Positions 59,480 through 64,000 of a stretch of 64,000 nt of DNA are shown in pieces. The number at the start of each line of letters is the position of its first letter. Position 1 is the first letter of the stretch. This DNA comes from the human T2T-CHM13v2.0 reference genome, Homo sapiens. A program made the translations under genes and the position numbers. The stretch is taken from assembly GCF_009914755.1 (NCBI RefSeq), contig NC_060941.1; one strand, written 5' to 3'. The notes below the pieces were generated by a model, which was given only the letters and a program-made list of their open reading frames with translations, ran no database searches and was not told the DNA's origin.

Positions 59480-60640
59480 AGAATTAGGATGTATAATATC
59501 TAAACCAATAACAAGAATAAAGGGCAATGGGGTATGGTTCAGTAAAAACAAAAACAAAACCACAAGGAAAAGAATAGTAATTGGAAGTCATAATATTAAA
59601 TGATTCTAAAAACTGAGTATGTCAGTAATCAATAAATATGCATGGAGTAAGGCTACACATTGAAAAACAAATAGTCTCAAATGGGATATAAAGTAATCAA
59701 TTCTAAAATATTTGTAAATGTAGTAACTCAAAATATATAATGGCTCAAAAACTTTAAAAATAATGGATAAGACAAGATACACTGGGCAAATACAAACGAA
59801 GGTTAGCTGCTGTGCTTATACAAATACATCTTTAAAGACATAATTAAGGATGAAGTATTCTTATAAGGGACATAATTATAAAATAAACTACTTACCAGAA
59901 GAATATCACAATTCAGATCTAATCTTTATCTAACAGCTAAAACTCAAAACTAAAAACAAAGACAAAATTACAAATCGATTTTTATAAATCTATAGTCAGA
60001 GACAGGGATTTAAACATCTGTCCCTCAGAAATTAACATAAATTGTAATAATGAATAATAGTTTGATTTTGTAAATATATAGACTCATATTCAACAATTAA
60101 AGCTTATATTTATATCTATGTTTAAATCTCTATCTTTATATCTACATATACATTCCATTCAATTCAAAGGCACATAGAAGTTTTATTAGAATTAACAGCA
60201 TACAGACCCACTTAAATAAAATGAGTAATACCTTAGAAAGATAACGAACGTGCAAACATGACTCAAGAAGAAAAAGAAAACCAAAAAGGTATAATAATTA
60301 AAGGAATTAAATAAATAAACTAAAATTTGGTACAACTTACCCCTTCATACATACACAAGCATCAGGCACAAATTGTTTTACAGATAATTTTATCCAAAGC
60401 CTGAAGAATCTGATAACCCTTATCTTACACAATTGTTCCAGAGGATAAAAATAGAAGGAATATTCTCCTCACATTACTTTATCCGATTAGCATAATTTTA
60501 TATAAAAGGAAGACATAAATAATAAAAGAAAGTAACATTATAGATCAATTTTACTTACAAATGAGATGTCAATACTCCACACAAAATTTTATCTAGTTAA
60601 GTCACAATAATGCAAGTTATTCTAGGATATAAGAATGTGT
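59480..60640 (+). mobile_element. Ancient L1ME-type ORF2 fragments
   Basis: A-rich; tatgtcagtaatc..; caggcacaaattgttttacagataattttatccaaa..ttgttccagaggata. Confidence 0.55.
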
Positions 60641-61984
60641 TAGTTCTACTATAATGCCTAGAATTCTGTTCCCCATCTACCACATGAAAGAAATATTATA
60701 AACAGATATGTTAGTTTTGAACTTACTTTTTACATGATGCTATGAATTACTTCCCGTGTAGTCACAATTTGGAAGGGTTTGGCTATAGAGACTAGTTTTA
60801 ATTATTATACAATATTATTCAATAACTTTTTAAAGCGTCCCTCTACATTTTTAAATTTTCCTCAAAACAATCTGTATAGTAAATAAAATGATGAAACTGA
60901 GAATCAGGAAAATTAATTGAAAAGAAAAAAATGGTTTTAATGAGCTCCTCTGTGTGAATTACCAAAACCTCTTAAGTAGCAGAATGATCTTGAAATGCTG
61001 GATTTAGATTTTAGATCTACTTTTTCCCCTTAGCATACTCATCCATTCATATCTTGGGTGGTTTCAGATTATGCGATGTCACTGCCAGTTACAGTTTCAT
61101 GAATACACATTAATACATATTTGCTAAAGTGCAATTCTAGAGGCAGAGTTTCAATAATAAGAACATTATACCTTCAATGTTATGAATATGGTAATTTTGC
61201 TGTAAAAAAATCAAGCAAGAAAACCTAATTTTATCTTTTAAAATAAATACACAAAACAAATCTGTTGAAACGCATAAATACAACTGGATAACTAGCGGAA
61301 TATTTTGCCCAGCAAGGATACCTCCCGAGACTGAGGTTCATATCCTTATAAAATTCATACTATAAATTCTAGGTACCATACTGCATTAAGTAACTGCAAA
61401 AAGAAGATCGGGTTATGAGTTTTAAGTATATGTACATTAATCTCTGCTCTGCATACACCAATGTTACATTTCTGAATAATAGCTAATCTGATATTATGTC
61501 ACCAAAAATATTGTCTGTTCTGAGTTCTTAATCTTTAACCTTTCCCTGAAAGAGAAGAAAAACTCAAGCAATATAATTCAAACTTATTATGCATGAAATA
61601 GCATGTTTAAGAAAGGAAATATTTGCAGAAATATATAAAGCCATGAATACATTCACATTTTAGCATCCTACACATACAGTGATATAAAACATTAGTTTGT
61701 CACCATATATGCTCACTTTACAGTGCATGATCTTGATTCTGGGTCTGTTTTGTAGGTATATTAGCACACTTGCCACAATGGTTATTAAGTCACCAGTTAC
61801 ATATTACATAACTGAATGTTGCTCTCTTAATGTTATAGTTACTCTTATTTTCTGTACTCTAGTCATATTCAATCACTTAGTTTCTCTCTCTCTTACTCCT
61901 TCTTTATATCCTTCTGTATTAAAGACTGTTAGTGCTCAACATTATTCATGACTTTTTTAAATTTTCCAAGCAGCTTTGCTCTAA

Positions 61985-62320
61985 GATGTGTCTAGTTCTT
62001 GTGATGAATTGTGGGTAGCAGTGATATGTTGCATTTTCAGATCAGGGGGTGTCTGGTTGGCTTCTCCATGCTTTCTTCCTCCAACTGCTAATTGAATTTC
62101 CTTGAATCCAGAAGATGATGGGTCCACATGATGAAAGCAGTCTTATTATTTATTCACCAATTGAAAGAGAGATACTCAGGACAGTTGCCCAGAATAGCTT
62201 GACAAGCTGCCTAGGACTACAAAGTGAATGATAAATAAACTTTTTTGATTTAAGACAATGAGATTTTGTTATTGTTGTTGTTGTTTATTTTTACTATAGA
62301 AAATTACCAACTTAATAATA
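61985..62320 (+). mobile_element. Old MLT1 (I/J-like) LTR fragment
   Basis: agtgaatgataaataaacttttttgatttaagacaatgagattt resembles an MLT1 3' end. Confidence 0.4.
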
Positions 62321-62764
62321 TTCCTTTCTCTCACCTTTAAACTAATCTTTATTGAATACCCTATATCATGCATTATGCAATGGATCAGAGACACAGAGAT
62401 GAGAGATTCAGTCCCTTTCTTTAAGCAACTTGCAAGGTCATATTGAGTAAAGGTGATTAAGCTAACCATTACAATGCATTTTGATTAATGCAATTGTGGA
62501 GTTATCCCCATGGTCTCTGTAGCATGAAGGACTCTAGGGAGGCATCCTAGGAAAAGTGATGCTTGACCACAACGTAAAGGGTAAGGATGGTTTATACAGA
62601 AGGCACAGAAAAACCTAGGCATTCCGAAAAAGTGTTCCTGGGGTTCCAACTGGGAGACCTCAGGGTTTTGTTTTCTTCAGGAAGTTTGCACAGGTGGGTA
62701 ACCTAGCAACCATTTTTGATTCACAATTTCTTTAATACTAATGGTCAATGAATAATCTGGTCCT

Positions 62765-64000
62765 TTTGTTTTTATCTTCGTTTTCAATCTTTATTTTAGA
62801 TTCAGGAGGTAAATGTGAAAGTTTGTTACCTTGGTATATTACATGATACTGAGGCTTGGGGTACAACTGATCCCATCACCCAGGTACGGAGCACAGAACC
62901 CAATACTTTTCAACCCTTGCCCCCTTCCTCCTCCTTCCCTCTAGTACTCCCCAATTCCTATTTTTCCTGTCCTTATGTCCATGAGTACCCAATTTTTAGC
63001 TCCCACTTATAAGTGAGAACATGGAGTATTTGGTTTTCTGTTCCTGCATTAGTTCGCTTAGAGTGATGGCCTCCAGCTACATTGATGTAACTGCAAAGGA
63101 TATGAATTTGTTCTTTTTCATGGCTGGATAGTATTCTATGGTGTATATATGTAACATTTTCTTTATTCAATCCACCATTGATAGGCACCTAGGTTGAATC
63201 CATGTCTTTGCTATTGCAAATACTGTTACAAAGAACATGCAAATGTGTGTGTCTTGATTGAATAGTTTGTTTTCTTTTGGATATATATACCTAGTAATGG
63301 AATTGCTGGATCAAATAGCAGTTCTGTATAAAGTTCTCTGAGAAATCTTCAACTATTTTCCACAGTGGCTGAACTAATTTACATTCCTGCCAACAGTGTA
63401 TAAATGTTCTCTTTTCTCTGCAGCCTCACCAGCATCTGTTGTTTGTTGACTGTTTAGTAATAGCCATTCTGAATGGTGTGAAATGGTATCTCATCGTGGT
63501 TTTGAAATGCATTCCTCTGAGAATTAGTGCTGTGTAATGTTTTTTATGTGTTTGTTGGCTACTTATATGTCTTCTCTTGAGAAGGGTCTGTTCATGTTTT
63601 TTTGCCCATTTTTAATGGGGTTATTTAATTTTTGCTTTTTCAATTTTGTAAATTCTGTATAGATTTTGCATATTAGACCTTTGTCAGATGTGTAATTTGC
63701 AAATATTTCCTCTCATTCTGTAGGTTGTCTGTTTACTCAGTTGATAGTTTATTTTGCTGTGCAGAAACTCTTTAATTAGATCCCACTTGCCAATTTTTGT
63801 TTTTGTTGCAATTGCTTTTGGGGACTTAGTCAAAAATTCTTTCTAAAGGCTAATGTCCAGAATAGAGTTTCATGGTTTTTCTTCAGTGATTCTTATGGTT
63901 TTAGGTCTTACATTTAAATGCTTAATCCTCCTTGAGTTAATTTTTGTATATGGTGAAAGGTAGGGGTCCAGTTTCACTCTTCTGCACATGACTATCCAGT
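62765..64000 (-). mobile_element. L1PA16/17-like 3' end, running off the window
   Basis: Antisense 3'UTR (ttttagattcagg..tcccatcacccaggt..tagctcccacttataagtgagaacatg) and ORF2 C-terminal region. Confidence 0.9.

Overview
This window is AT-rich primate DNA (human or great ape, judged from a young AluY and L1PA elements) dominated by interspersed repeats. It holds L1s of many ages, Alu/FAM, MIR, L2, MaLR and ERV1/ERVL LTRs, a full-length THE1D provirus and DNA-transposon fossils, many nested and many with readable target-site duplications (TSDs). The only recognisable gene-derived sequence is a decayed, intronless MAPK1IP1L retrocopy on the minus strand (~40.2-41.5 kb). I can support no intact protein-coding gene; the long ORFs are L1, MaLR or retrocopy fragments. 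The most unusual items are: (1) tandem-duplicated, splice-site-flanked micro-exon candidates in the first 3 kb that encode ITIM-like YxxL motifs; (2) a probable fossil DNA transposon with inverted ~14-bp repeat arrays and a decayed FLYWCH/WRKY-type zinc finger (41.9-44.9 kb), split by a 5'-inverted L1; (3) a 41-nt multi-hairpin snap-back insertion inside that L1; (4) a 120-bp locally templated insertion copied from a neighbouring L1; (5) a palindromic 32-bp minisatellite. Repeat subfamily names come from recalled consensus sequences and need RepeatMasker/Dfam confirmation. None of the candidates is a proven novel system.
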